Source: a virus (lineage: Duplodnaviria; Caudoviricetes). From it: a stretch of 64,000 nt of DNA. The notes beneath the pieces were generated by a model. It was not told where the DNA came from, did not search any database, and worked only from the letters and a program-made list of their open reading frames with translations. Below, one piece after another: positions 45,187 to 58,000 of this stretch (positions within the stretch are counted from its first letter, which is position 1; every line of letters begins with the position of its first letter). The DNA is taken from positions 1,175 to 65,174 of IMG/VR virus record IMGVR_UViG_3300025620_000006, one strand, 5' to 3'. A program made the position numbers and the translations under genes.

Positions 45187-46904
45187 TGTGGAACAATGAA
45201 TGGATTAAAGGAGAAGACTACCCAGTATGGGGAAATACAGAAGTCTATAAAAAAACAATATCTGGTGGATACTTGCTACAAGATGAAACGCCACGTGATG
45301 CTTACATGCGTGTTGCTAAAACTGTGGCTAGAAGATTATACAAGCCGGAAATGGCCCAGACTTTTTTTGATTATATTTGGAACGGCTGGCTTTGTTTGGC
45401 TTCGCCGGTCCTTAGCAATACTGGGACAGATCGTGGTCTGCCTATTAGTTGCTTCGGTATTGATGTTGCTGACTCGATACAAGACATAGGGCAAAAAAAC
45501 CTAGAGATGATGCTACTCGCTAAGCACGGCGGTGGAGTTGGTATCGGTATAAATCAAATTAGACCCGCCGGCGCTAGAATAACAGGAAATGGAACATCAG
45601 ACGGAGTTGTACCTTTCTGCAAAATATATGACTCAACAATCCTCGCAACTAATCAAGGATCAGTTAGACGAGGAGCTGCGTCAGTTAATATTAACATTGA
45701 ACACGACGATTTCGAAGAGTGGCTTGAGATCAGAGAACCTAAAGGAGATGTTAACAGACAATCGCTTAATCTACATCAATGCGCAGTTGTTGGTGACAAG
45801 TTTATGCGTAAGCTTGAACAAGGAGATGCTACAGCTAGAAATAGATGGAGTAAACTACTTAGAAAGCGAAAATCAACTGGAGAGCCGTATATTATGTTTA
45901 AAGGGAATGTTAACAAAAAGAATCCTAAAGCTTATAAAGAAAATGGATTAAAAGTACATATGACAAACATATGTTCAGAAATTACATTACACACAGATGA
46001 GAACCACAGTTTTGTATGTTGTTTATCATCTTTAAATTTAGCAAAATATGAAGAGTGGAAAGGCACAAACCTTATTTACGACAGTATATGGTTCCTTGAC
46101 GGGGTCATGGAAGAGTTTATACAAAGAGCTAAAGGCTTACGAGGCTTTGAAAACGCGGTTAGGTCAGCTACGAAAGGAAGAGCGCTTGGCTTGGGAGTTT
46201 TGGGTTGGCACACATACTTACAAGAAAAAGGTATCTCGTTCGAAGGTCTACTTGCTCAGTTTGAGACTAGGAAAATCTTTAGTCAAATTAAAATTGAAAG
46301 CGAAAGGGCTAGCATGGCACTTGCAGAAACTTATGGAGAACCTTTGTGGTGTGCTGGAACTGGTTTACGTAATACTCATTTACGTGCTGTTGCTCCTACT
46401 GTTAGCAATAGTAAGCTTAGTGGAAATGTTTCGCCTGGTATTGAGCCGTGGGCTGCAAATGTTTTTACAGAGCAAAGTGCGAAAGGGACTTTCATTAGGA
46501 AAAACCCGACGTTAGTTAAACTACTTAGAAAACTTAAAATAAATAACAATGAAACGTGGGACAAGATTATGGCTGATGGTGGTAGTGTACAGAACATTGC
46601 TGAGCTTGATAGTGTTGTTATGGCCCACGAAACACCCGCAAAAGAGGTATTTAAAACTTTTAAAGAAATCAATCAACTAGAATTAGTTAATCAAGCTGGA
46701 CTGAGACAGCAATACGTAGATCAGTCTGTTAGTTTAAACTTAGCTTTCCCTAGTATAGCAACGCCAAAGTGGATCAACAAAGTTCATTTTGAAGCTTGGA
46801 AAAAAGGTATTAAAACTTTATATTATACAAGGACAGAATCTGTCTTGCGTGGTGATATAGCACAACAAGCTATGAATGAAGATTGTATTGCCTGTGATGG
46901 ATAG
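45186..46904 (+). CDS. nrdA: Ribonucleotide reductase class I alpha subunit (no ATP cone)
   Basis: ISCF, GGGVG, TNICSEI, APTVS, DQSVS, KTLYY and C-terminal CIACDG; likely start MWNNEW. Confidence 0.92.
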   Translation: MWNNEWIKGEDYPVWGNTEVYKKTISGGYLLQDETPRDAYMRVAKTVARRLYKPEMAQTFFDYIWNGWLCLASPVLSNTGTDRGLPISCFGIDVADSIQDIGQKNLEMMLLAKHGGGVGIGINQIRPAGARITGNGTSDGVVPFCKIYDSTILATNQGSVRRGAASVNINIEHDDFEEWLEIREPKGDVNRQSLNLHQCAVVGDKFMRKLEQGDATARNRWSKLLRKRKSTGEPYIMFKGNVNKKNPKAYKENGLKVHMTNICSEITLHTDENHSFVCCLSSLNLAKYEEWKGTNLIYDSIWFLDGVMEEFIQRAKGLRGFENAVRSATKGRALGLGVLGWHTYLQEKGISFEGLLAQFETRKIFSQIKIESERASMALAETYGEPLWCAGTGLRNTHLRAVAPTVSNSKLSGNVSPGIEPWAANVFTEQSAKGTFIRKNPTLVKLLRKLKINNNETWDKIMADGGSVQNIAELDSVVMAHETPAKEVFKTFKEINQLELVNQAGLRQQYVDQSVSLNLAFPSIATPKWINKVHFEAWKKGIKTLYYTRTESVLRGDIAQQAMNEDCIACDG

Positions 46905-47002
46905 TTATAATAGGAATAATTCGATGAAAGTACTTAAAATAGGTACTTTGCTCAAAACTTTACTAAAGGCTAAAAGTTATAACTATTTAATATATATAAA
47001 TC

Positions 47003-47034
47003 AAAAAAGGGCTCTCGTAATGAGGGCCCTTTCT
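47003..47034. terminator. Bidirectional terminator at convergence of the two transcription units
   Basis: AAAAAAGGGCTCTC-GTAAT-GAGGGCCCTTTCT. Confidence 0.75.
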
Positions 47035-47080
47035 GGTTACAGGAACTTTTGGGTATGGTACGCCCAGTTATCTTTGTTCC

Positions 47081-47431
47081 TTATTCGTTATATGTTTTTC
47101 TATACTCTTCTCTTTTAGGTTTTATTTCTTTTTGATAGCTTTCGATTTTTCTTCTGGCCTTACCTTTCATTTTACCACTTTTTCTATAGTTGTCTTCATT
47201 TTTCATAACATCTTCTATGTTATTTATTCCAACTTGTATATCTGCTTTATCATTAAGTTTTTGCCTATCTTCTACAGATATCTCTGTAGAAAATGGAATT
47301 TCACCAGCGAAAGGAGTTGGTGACATTCCTGGCATAGCGCTAACAGCCCTTTGAATAGCTTGTCCAAAGTTACTATAATTATTAGCAGCGCCTCTTTTAG
47401 CTGCTCCTCTTAAACGGTCTATACTTTTCAT
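47081..47431 (-). CDS. Late hypothetical protein with GAAK/GAAN motifs
   Basis: 116 aa; MKSIDRLRGAAKRGAANN. Confidence 0.65.
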   Translation of the reverse strand: MKSIDRLRGAAKRGAANNYSNFGQAIQRAVSAMPGMSPTPFAGEIPFSTEISVEDRQKLNDKADIQVGINNIEDVMKNEDNYRKSGKMKGKARRKIESYQKEIKPKREEYRKTYNE

Positions 47432-47568
47432 TTTTTACAAACACATTTTGCCACTGGACAATCTTTAACATCTACGATTAATTTAGATACTAACCAATTC
47501 CATTTGCACATTAGCTTTAACCAACAAGCCTGCATCCATAGTCCTAATTTTACTAATAATTTTCCCAT
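47428..47568 (-). CDS. Small Trp/Cys/Lys-rich peptide (46 aa, not in track)
   Basis: MGKLLVKLGLWMQACWLKLMCKWNWLVSKLIVDVKDCPVAKCVCKK; ATGA overlap with the next gene. Confidence 0.55.
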   Translation of the reverse strand: MGKLLVKLGLWMQACWLKLMCKWNWLVSKLIVDVKDCPVAKCVCKK

Positions 47569-47571
47569 AAT

Positions 47572-47733
47572 TTATTTATTTTTTTTGTTATTAATTTCTA
47601 TCCATTTTGATATAGTATAACCTATAGTAACTAATAAAAGAACTATTTTTAATCCCATTTCTATTTTTGTAAATGTTGTTACACCTAAAGTTGATCCGTT
47701 AATTAAGTAGAGTTTAAATTGTTGTATATCCAT
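47572..47733 (-). CDS. Small holin-like membrane protein (53 aa, not in track)
   Basis: MDIQQFKLYLINGSTLGVTTFTKIEMGLKIVLLLVTIGYTISKWIEINNKKNK; near the endolysin. Confidence 0.55.
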   Translation of the reverse strand: MDIQQFKLYLINGSTLGVTTFTKIEMGLKIVLLLVTIGYTISKWIEINNKKNK

Positions 47734-48287
47734 TAGTTATTACTTAGTACGTTTTTATTTGTTTTTAAGGTGTTGTAAGCGGTCTTAGCTATTTTTTTAG
47801 CTAGTTTTGGATTTTTAATTACCTCTTTTACGCCAGGTATTTTGTTTAATTTTTTAGTAGCTAACGAAACAAAATCACCACTAACAGCATCAGAAACTGT
47901 TTGAGCTGTTAAAGCAAACGGCGTCATAGAAGAAACATTATTAAAGACGCTTGATCTATTTAAAGCTTCTTGAGTTTGTTCGTCTGTAGATTCATTAGCT
48001 CTTCTTAAATTACTTAAATTAGCATATGGACCACTAGTTATATTATCGTTATCTAAACCTACAGATTCTCTAATACTTGTTCTAGCATCGTTTACTAAAG
48101 CTCTAGCACCATCAAACGGACTACTAACAAAGGTTTTAAATTGTTGCCAGGTGCTATCTTCAGGTGTAGGAGCAGATATAGTAGCTTGACTACCTCTAGG
48201 CGCATCTTCTCTTCTCAGTTTATCTAAAGGTGTAGGATTAGCTGCACCCATGTGAAAGCCTTTTATTCCTCTAATTTTATCTCTCAT
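47733..48287 (-). CDS. Late hypothetical protein with GAAN motif
   Basis: 184-aa ORF. Confidence 0.65.
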   Translation of the reverse strand: MRDKIRGIKGFHMGAANPTPLDKLRREDAPRGSQATISAPTPEDSTWQQFKTFVSSPFDGARALVNDARTSIRESVGLDNDNITSGPYANLSNLRRANESTDEQTQEALNRSSVFNNVSSMTPFALTAQTVSDAVSGDFVSLATKKLNKIPGVKEVIKNPKLAKKIAKTAYNTLKTNKNVLSNN

Positions 48288-48571
48288 TTTTCTTTATGTT
48301 TATTACAGAAATTTCTAGCAGCCGCAACGCTACCAAACCCCCATTTTTTTAAAGCCATTGCTTTTTTAGTTGGTTCGCCTTTAGCGTCTTTCATAGCACC
48401 CGCCATACCAGCAAATCTACACGCAAAAGAAACTCTGCGCTTGCCAGTTCCAGATGTTTGTCTTGATCCTAGCTTTTTACCAGTTTCAGCAGTGTAATCT
48501 TTACGCATTTTTCTGTTTTGCTTTTCGTAAGCTTTTTCTTTTATAGCAGGTCCTTTTACTTTATAAGCCAT
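48284..48571 (-). CDS. Basic phage protein (RRxSFxxRFxGM motif)
   Basis: 95 aa; KRRVSFACRFAGM...ALKKWG. Confidence 0.65.
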   Translation of the reverse strand: MAYKVKGPAIKEKAYEKQNRKMRKDYTAETGKKLGSRQTSGTGKRRVSFACRFAGMAGAMKDAKGEPTKKAMALKKWGFGSVAAARNFCNKHKEK

Positions 48572-48580
48572 TTTTATTTT

Positions 48581-49006
48581 TTATATATTACAATATTCTT
48601 TTTTAGCATCAAAGCATGGGCAGCTTTTAGCCGCAAACTCGTTGTGTCCATGTATCGTAGCTTTTGGATGCATCTTCTTTAATGTTTTTAACAACAGTAG
48701 TAAACTTTTTTTTTGTTCTGGTGTTCTAGTATCTTTAGCAATCCATTTGCCATTAGAGCCTCGTTTTGATTCGACACCTCCAATGTAACAAATTCCTATA
48801 GAACCTTCATTTTCACCTTTAACGTGAGCTCCTTGTTTATATATACTACGACCATACTCTATAATACCATCTAATAAAACTACGTAGTGATAACCTATAC
48901 CATTCCAGCCTCTTTTTAAATGCCACTTGTTTATCTCTGCAGCATCTAAATCTCTACCTTCTTGAGTGGCTGAGCAATGTACTATTATTTTATTTATTGT
49001 TCTCAT
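48581..49006 (-). CDS. Endolysin, N-acetylmuramoyl-L-alanine amidase (T7 lysozyme-like)
   Basis: IIVHCSAT, IGYHY, GAHVKG, SIGICYIGG, GHNEF, KSCPCF zinc-amidase motifs. Confidence 0.92.
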   Translation of the reverse strand: MRTINKIIVHCSATQEGRDLDAAEINKWHLKRGWNGIGYHYVVLLDGIIEYGRSIYKQGAHVKGENEGSIGICYIGGVESKRGSNGKWIAKDTRTPEQKKSLLLLLKTLKKMHPKATIHGHNEFAAKSCPCFDAKKEYCNI

Positions 49007-52000
49007 TCGTTATAAAGTTTATCTAGTTTTTCCATAGCTTTTTCTATAGCACTATCTACTTTTTCCTGAAACTCTTTGTCTTTTTGAAGATCATATTCTA
49101 ACTTTTGAGAATCACTCATGTTATTATATCTTTCTTCTTCTAGTTTTTTAAGTCTTGCTTTTTCTTCAGCTTTTCTTTTTCTAGTTTCTTTAGCTTTTAT
49201 TTTACCTTCTTCTTTTCTACGAACTTTAGCATCTGCTTTTATTAAATCAAACTCTTCTATTTTAGAATTAACATCCCAAGTTCTAAAACCTAGAGCTAAA
49301 GCTACTCTTTGGTATATAGTATTTCTATTGTCAAAAGCTTCTGTGATAGCATTTATTTCAGCAACCATTCTATCCATTGGTATATTAGCAGCTCCAGAAA
49401 CTACACTACCAACAACTTGATAGGATGGGCTTAGTTGAAATCTACCATCAATTGTAACGCTAAATCCTTGTTCAGCTATAACGTCTTTTTCAAACTTCTT
49501 TGTTTGTATAGCAGAATATATTTTTCTTAATTTAGACCCTAACGCTGGAGATAAATTTGCAAGCTCTAACACAGTGTATGTATGATCAGCTGTAAATCCT
49601 TTCTTTTCTTCAAAGTTATATCTTCTTATAGCATTTTTAATTGTAGATATAACAGCTCCACCTACGCCAGAACCTCTTAATATAGTATCTATCATGCCGT
49701 TTACTATTCTATCTTCTTTCTTACTTAATACCTCGCCATATTTTTTTAATTGTTCTTCTTCAGTTAACTCATCATCTGGTTCATCAAAACCAGGTATCAT
49801 AGCAAACAAAGCATTTTGTAATGTTGAGAATATTAAATTCTGAATTATACCATAGTAAGCTATTTTCGATATGTTAGTTTTAGCATCACCTCTACCGTTT
49901 ACTAAATCAAGTCCAGCTTTTTTCATTAACCTCGTGTACTGCATAGGTGTGTTTTGGAAGTTAAGTAAAAACCTACCTAACATACCAGCTTGCTGTTGCG
50001 ATATCATAGAAGGATCTGCCGACTGTTGAGACTCTTCAGATGTTCTAGAAAAATCTTCAAACGCTTTAGTCTCTGCTTCTGTTTGACTTAGCCCTTGTTT
50101 TTTATACGTATTAATTCTGTTTCTATAAAACGTCGCACCACCAGTTGCTATAGCTACACTATCTGCTACTTGAGTAAATACAAAACCGTTTCTTAGTAAT
50201 ATACTTATAAAGGTACTCATTTTGTTTTTAGAACCTTTAACTGCAGCTGCAATTTCAGCTTCATTAATATCACCTTTTAAACCAGCTCTACGTTGTTTTA
50301 ATTTATCAGAATTAAATAACATCACTACATCAGACCAGTATTGATTTTGGTTTGCAAAAGCTTTACCAGCCATAAAAGGATTATTATCAGACCAGTTTAT
50401 GAAGTTAACACTAGATATTAACTGAAGCAAAGCCGATCTTCTGTTAAAAAACATTATAGCTCCTATAGATCTATTTAACCAATTCATCCAAGCGTTTGTT
50501 TGCCTGTCACTACCTTTTGGTCTATTAGTTCCGTTTTTCATTCTCCATATAATATTCTCTAAAGACTCTCTAACTCTAGAACCATATACGGCTTCTATTT
50601 TAGTTAAGTTTTGTTCGCTAAATATTATATCTACATTCTCATTGAACTCAGATAGATACTCTGCTCTATTTACTTTTGTTGTTATAGTATTTAAATCACC
50701 AAGTATTGTTTGGCCTTGCCAATAAGTAGGAGGTTCAACATAAGTATCTTTTTTGGTAATTAAAAGAACTCCATCGGCGAACGATTGTAAGTTAGGATCT
50801 TCTCTTACTATTTTAGTTAGTATGTTTCTATCTCTATTAGATATACCTGGTATTTCAAAATCAGCTTGATCCCACAAGTAAACTCTAACAGCTTCATCAT
50901 AAGTAAATTGTTCACCTGATATTTTACTTCTTAATACTTTTTTAATTTCAGGGAAGTTAGCCATTAAGTTTCTATAATCATTAGACACTCTTTGCTTAGC
51001 AGTCTCTATAGCCGCAACAGCAGAAGTGTAAGGTCTTATTAAGGCTTTGTCGAAAAAGTCTTGATCTATTTCACCTTGCTTACCTTTACCAGCAAACATG
51101 TAAGATGTCAAACCTTTAAAGTCTTCTGCTGATGGTGGTAAAAACAAATTAAATCTTTTCTTATTTTTACCTAACCTTTGAGCTACAACTTGAGAATATC
51201 TAGCCTCTGCTTTAACGCCTTTGTTTCGTTCAATCATTTTATTAAACTCAAAGTCTAAATCTTTTTGAAACTTAACTCTAGCTATTTGAACTCTAGACTT
51301 AACGTCTAATACATCTAAAGCATCTTTAACTGCTTTAACATTTTTAGTAGCGTCATCAGTAAAGTAAAAATCATTATAACCTTCCGCGAATTTATTTATA
51401 ACCCAATCAGCTTTAGCTTGAGCTTTACCGTCAGCTAAACCTGTAATGTTTTGTAAAGGTATATTTAAACCTACCGAAGCTAAAAATTCTTGTATAGGTC
51501 CAGCAGCATCTTGAGGTCTAGCTGTTAATACAAATAAATCTTCTGAACCTCTTGTATCTGCTATTTTTTTAGCAACTTCAAACAAAGGTCCTTTTTTACC
51601 TTCAACTACTTTACTAAACTCTGCAAAATCAAAATTAGCTCCTTCGCTTTCTAACCTAGCAGCATCTGTAGCAAATTCAGTAGCATTTATTCTAGTGCTG
51701 CTACCGTCTGGCATGTTAACTATAACCATACTTTTAGACTGAGCTAGTGTGTCATCAAAATCAAATATTCTAATCTTTTTTATTTTCTTAGAATCCTTAA
51801 GACTTAACCTAGCTTTTTCCATTGCTATATCAGCGTTGTTATTTTTGTCAACAACTTGCTGAGCATTTAAAGCAACACCAGTTGTTCCGTTAGTTGAGTT
51901 ATAAAAGTCTTCAAACTCTTGACCAACAACATCACCACTTTCATAAGACTGTAAACCAAAAGGCATTTTACCTTTTGTAAATATGTTGTAATATCTTTTC

Positions 52001-55000
52001 CACCACTCTTGTTTTCCTGGTTGATAACCTATAAGCATTGACTGTGTAAATCCTGTATTACCCAGAACATCATCCATTTCTTTAACTGGGATTATAGTAA
52101 CCCTGTAGTCGTCTTTAAGCAAGTCTAAATCAATTTCTTTGTTACCATTGAATATAGATTCATATGCAAAAAACAAGATAGCTCTAGCAGGTATAGCGTG
52201 CTCGTATCTATAAGCAGGCTCATACCTTTGTTCACCATTAGATTTTTTTACAAGTTTACCATTTCTTATCATTGGTATTTTAAGAGTATCATATGGCATT
52301 TTAGTAGACCTACCCCATACAGGAGCGGCTAATCTAAGAGCGCTATTGTTACTACCATTCATAACACCCATTAATAAAGCCACTGTATTGTTGTTTAAAC
52401 CAGATTTTTTTAAAGACTTCATAAACTCTATAAAGAAATTCCAAGCTAAGTCAGCGTCTACTTTATTTTTATCTTGAAGTGCTTGACTGTTTTCGAACTT
52501 ACCGTTTAAATATTGCATCTGAACATCAGCGCCGGTATTTATATCTATTTTTCTATCAGGTCTTCCATCATTAAACTTTATAACTTTTTTATCAATGCTA
52601 ACAACAGCTGGATCTATTCTTTGTATTAGCCTAGTAATATCAGTAATGTTTCCAAACACACCAGCTCTAGGCGTTTTATTAGGTCTTTGACCACCTATTA
52701 ATTCGTTGTTTTTTGTAGCTATAAAATCTCCAAATATAGTAGTTCCATTACTAAAAGAAGCTGGGGTAAAAGCAACCATTAAGTCTAAAGCTTTAGGCTT
52801 TCCATATTTTTTAACTAACGCAGGGTATAATGTTTTTTCTACAAACTCTCTAGCTTCCACCATTGTACTAGAGTCTCTCAATGAATTTGCTACAGATTGA
52901 TCTGCTTTAGTATAAGCTATAACATTTTCTACATTGTCAACATTTGTTATTACAGTTTCTAAATAATCAAACCACTCTTGTTCTGTTTCTAACACACCTG
53001 TTTTTCTTTGTGGCACAAGTAAATTACCAAACTGATTTGCTACACCTATGTGCTGTTCATTTGTAAACCTATCACCATAAACAGCTTTGTGAGCGTTTTT
53101 TAGTTTTGTTTTAATTTGTGTAGATGTTAACTCTTGTAGATTAAGTCTTTTTACTTCATCATAAAATCTAGTTCTATTATTAAGCCAGTCTGTTCTTTCA
53201 CCGTCAGTAAATAAAGCTAGTTGATCCTTAACACTTGGTCTTGAAACATCATACATTAATTGCTCTACATAGTTATCTAATATATCAGCTCCAAAAAACT
53301 CTTGACGTTCTATAAAGTCTCTTCTTATTTCACTATCAGGATTCTGTATCTGCTCATTAAACATGTCTAATCCTATCTCTTGAGCTATTTGCTTAGCTAA
53401 AGCTTCTGTAGGCATTTGAGGTATTTTTAATTTACCATTATCAAGTTTAATATATTTAGATTTAAATTTAGCTAAAGGTATAGCGTTTTTAATATCTTTT
53501 ACTCTTCGTATTTTTTGATTACCAGCGGTGCTACCAGCCATAGGTCCTAGCTCAGTGGATCTATAGAAATCTATTTGACCATCTTTACTGCCTTTTGTTC
53601 TGCCTTTCCACTTATCATATTTAACCCAGCCTAAACCGTTGACGTATTTCTCTACAGCTAAAGGAAAAGCTTTTGCTAGATATGTAGTTGTAAGACCGTT
53701 TGGCCCTAGCAGTGTAGCGTAGTTTTCATTTAAAAATTGCTCGTATAGATTTATGGTTTTATTTCTAGCACCCATTGCATCTATAACAACTTTAAAAGAT
53801 CCTTGCATTCCTTTTCCTAACTCATTTACAAAATCAGTTTTTTGTTTTGTAGTAGTGTCGGCGTTATATTTAGGTAGTCTATATCTAATTTCTTTACCTA
53901 GTTTTTCTTCTAGTTTGTTTTCTACTTCTGTTTGATTTGAAAACTTTATTTTTTCTTTTAAAGTAGGTTTTACTTCTTTAGCCTCTACCTCAGCTCTTCT
54001 GTTTAAAGTTTCCGTGCTGTCTGTTGACTGCACGTTTTCAGCTGCATTATCTTCACCTATTCTAACATTAGCTTTTCCTTTTGGAACACCTAGCTGCGTA
54101 GCAAACGCATTAGCTCTTTGCATACCGGTGTTAGCCATGTAGCTATTAAAAGTTCCTAAATCTGGATTCCATTTTAATGCTATCTCACGAAGCTTACTTT
54201 TTGCGTGATCTAAGTAGGTTCTTCTACTATAATGAACCTCTCTTATATTGAGTGGTACTCCACTACCAAATCTAGTCCAAGCTCTATTAGCAACTTTATT
54301 AACCATAGTCTCTACGTCTTTAGGTAGAATAGGTTTAAAGTTTTCTTTACCTTCAAATCTAATGTTTATTCTATCAGATATTTGCTTAGAATCATCAACA
54401 CCTTTTTTAGGTTTAATACCTTCTTTACCTATCTTTGCTCTAACTTGAGAAGTAAATTCACCTCTTCTAAAAGCCGCGTTATTTCCTATTAAATAACTTA
54501 AAGCTTTCTCAGGTGTATTCACCTTTAATCCAAAGCCGGCTCTATTAGCTAATTTGCTTAGTATGTTTTGAGTACCATACGTATCTTCTAAGTTTAATTC
54601 TTTTTCTAAAGCATAACTAAGTGATTGCATTTCTGCAGCATACTCTGTTTTAAATGTATCACCTCTTTTGTTGAAAGGTAGTAATTCACCTTTATCATTC
54701 CTAGCATCATTTGAATACTCTTCATTACTTAACAAAGCGTTTTCAACCTTCATGTTTAAAGATCTTAATATAGGGTTTTCACTAGTTGATGTAGCTTTGT
54801 ATAAGTTATCTGTATATTTATTAAACTCTTCTTTAGTGTCAAAGTAAGATTCATCTATAGCGTGACTAATCTCATGGTAAACAACCACACCAGCTCTGAT
54901 GTCTCCGTTTTCCATAGCTTGCTCTGCAGCCTGTCTATTTATTGTAATATATTCGTTATCTACAATAAAACCATTTCCACCTTGCTTTAGCTTATCTGTA

Positions 55001-58000
55001 AAAAGACTTATGTCTTTAGGGTTTATTTTGCCGTTTTCAGCTAGAGTATATAAGTAACTTATTTGATCTTCTATGTTAGGTATTTCAACAATTTTTAAAG
55101 CTCCTATATTTTCATTAGACATTAATTGATCTGCCTTAAAATCTATATCACTAGAAACAGTTACCACTCTAGTGTCTTGATCAAATAAAGCTCTACCACT
55201 TTGAGCATAGAAAGCATCTTGTAAAGCGTTTATTTTTTCTTTATATTCTTTTTTTCTTTTATCGCCTTCATACTTAGAAGCCGCATTGTCTTTTAACTCC
55301 TCCCATTCTTTCTGTATTTCAGTATCTTCTTTAGCCTTATTAACATAAGACTCAGTTTCCATTCTATGTATTTCTTCTACAACCTGTGCTAACTCTTGTC
55401 TTTTATCTAGCTTACCGTTCCAGTTAGGAGTGTTTTCGTCTAAGTTTAGTCTAGCTTTTCTACCTGCATCACCTAGTAACGTTTCTACATTATCATAGTT
55501 TTTATTACCTTCTTTTATAGAGTTTATATTTGTATCTAAACTGTTTAGGTTTTGATCAAATCTATCTGCTTCAGTAGTAGTTAGTTTTTCTTTTTTGTAG
55601 TTATCAATTTGATTTTGAGCTTGGTTAGAATCCATATCAGGAGTAACACCAGCTTCACTAAGTAAGTTATTTTTTAGTACATTTAAACCTACTAAGTCAA
55701 CCACGTTTTCAGAACCTAAAGCAATTACATCTACACCCAACGCTGTTTGCTCAGCGCCTATATCTATAAGCTTTTGTTTTATAGCTGCAGTAAATGTTTT
55801 TCTTTGATTTTGACTAACACCTGGACCATTCATTAGGTTAACCATTTCTTGTATCTCAGATGTAGCTTTGTTTATTTTTTCTCTAAACTTTTTAGTTGCT
55901 GACATTTGAGTTATAGCTGATGTAGCTATTCCAGATGTGTTTGCGAACCCAGCTGTTATAAGAGTAGCTAAAGTGGTATCATCAAACTGAGACCAGTCAG
56001 CATCTCTTTGTAGTATTAAGGATTCAGATATACCTTGTGTTCCACCGTATATAAGATTTTCTTCTACAAGCTCGCCACCAATTCTTTTACCACCTTCTAT
56101 TGCAAAACTACCCCAAGCATTTAAACTTGGTTTGTTAAATAGATTATATATATTAATTTGACCTTGTCCTTTAACATCTTTTAAAAACTTAAAAGTGTTA
56201 TTAGCAGAACCTATATATCTAGTAACACCACCTTCTATTATACCCGTAGCAACTGAAGCAGCACCTATTTGAAATGGTGTCATTTCACCCATTGCTATAG
56301 TTTTTTCCGCATCAAGTAATCCTTGAGAATAATCAAATTGATCTATTCTACCGGCCTCCCATAAGTTATTAAGAGTTTCAACTTGTTTGTTTGCCATGTC
56401 TAAAAGATCAGCTTGAACGCTAAGATTTCTATACATGTCTGTACCAGAAGTTATACCAAATGTAGATGCTATAGATGTTTTAACTAAACCATCGCCAAGC
56501 TTTAAAGCGTTACCCGCAGATCCAGTACCTATAGCTAGTATAATGTTAGGCGCTTGTTGAAATAAAGTTCTTAAAGAATATAAACCAAATTCACCTTCAC
56601 CAAACGCGTCGTCATATGCTGCTGATGATTTATAATACTCTTCTTTTCTTTGTAAAGCTTTTTGCTCGTTAATAGCCCATTCAGAATTAAACAATGTAGG
56701 TAAAGCTAGAGCTATATTATAACTAGCGTCTGTAAAGTCTTTAGCAACTAAACTACCTATTTCATATTCTTTAAAAACACTACCAAATTCACTTAGTATG
56801 TTTCTCTTTATATCCTTACCTTCTTCGTCTTTGCCAACAACAACATCAGTGTCTTCTCTAAATTGAGCAGCTTCAGCAACATGATTAACATAGTTTCCTA
56901 CTGTTTTTTTGTAATCAGATTCTAATCTTCCTAAAGTATTCTGTAAAGTTATTAAGCGCGCGTTAGCCTCGTCATATAACTGCTGTTGTTCTTCTGTTAA
57001 TTCTTCTGTAGCTTCTAGATTAAAAAACAAAGTATTATCTACAATACCATCCGTTTTAGTATAAGCTATTTTAGCTGGTATATCTTTTAAACTATTAGCT
57101 ATTAACTGTATTTCACCTTCTATAATAGAACTTGTTGTATCATTATAGTTTTGAATGATTTTTGTTTCGCTTTTAATTTCATCTTTTATAACGTCGTATC
57201 CAGCGTTCTGTACAAGTAAACCTATTCTAACTAGTTCTCTTTCTCTTCTGTCGTAATCATACATGACAGATTCAGCAGCTGTTTGTTTTGCTAAAGCAAT
57301 TGCTCCTTCTCTTTGTGTTTTAACAGAATAGTCTATAGCGTTAGACCATAAGTTATTATTTAAAAGCTTTTCTTTTAAAGCAGCTTTATCAATTTCAACT
57401 CCTTCATAGGCGAACTGCATAGTATCTAAAAAACCTAAATTACGTACATAATCTAACTGCTGTTCAGGCGTAAGCATTACTAGTTCATCTTCTGTAAGCA
57501 TACTTCCAGAGTCTACATACTCACCTCTTCCTTCGGGGTTAGCAGAAAACTTAAGCATATAGTCTATTGCTTTTTGTTCTGCTTCTGTAAAATACTCTTT
57601 GTTTTTTAATATATCCGCAAGCTTAGAAAACTGTCCAGATAAAACATCATAATCAAAAAGCTCTTCATCTGGTTTGCTGTTTACAGCATTAATACGTTTT
57701 GTCTCTTCAAGATCTAAAGTTTTTAAATGGGTAGATAACAAAGGATACATGTTAGCCATTGACTTAGATAAATCTTCTTTAGTAAAGTTTTTAGCTATAT
57801 AGTTTTCTATACTATCCGTACTACCAGTTCTTACTGGACTTTCTATTTCTTGATTAAATATGTCACTAGCTACTACTTGCCCGTTTTGTTTTAATTCATA
57901 ACCTATTACTAAGCCCTCTTGCTCTACAGGTTCAAACGTATAAGCAGTGTCTTTTAAGTTGTCATTAACATCTTCAACGTTCAAAGCTCCGCTATCAAAA

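Noticed and set aside
45196-46515. +1-frame ORFs within nrdA (also within nrdB and the primase-helicase, e.g. 39524-39886)
   Set aside because: Shorter, fragmented and without recognisable features; explainable by codon usage of conserved genes. 39524-39886 has a hydrophobic stretch but insufficient support
46876-47118. 80-aa plus-strand ORF after nrdA
   Set aside because: Runs through the bidirectional terminator and into the convergent gene; likely spurious
51749-51763. DFDD as a virion RNA polymerase catalytic motif
   Set aside because: Context is IRIFDFDDTL with downstream TAR and DD, which is a HAD phosphatase signature rather than DxDGD
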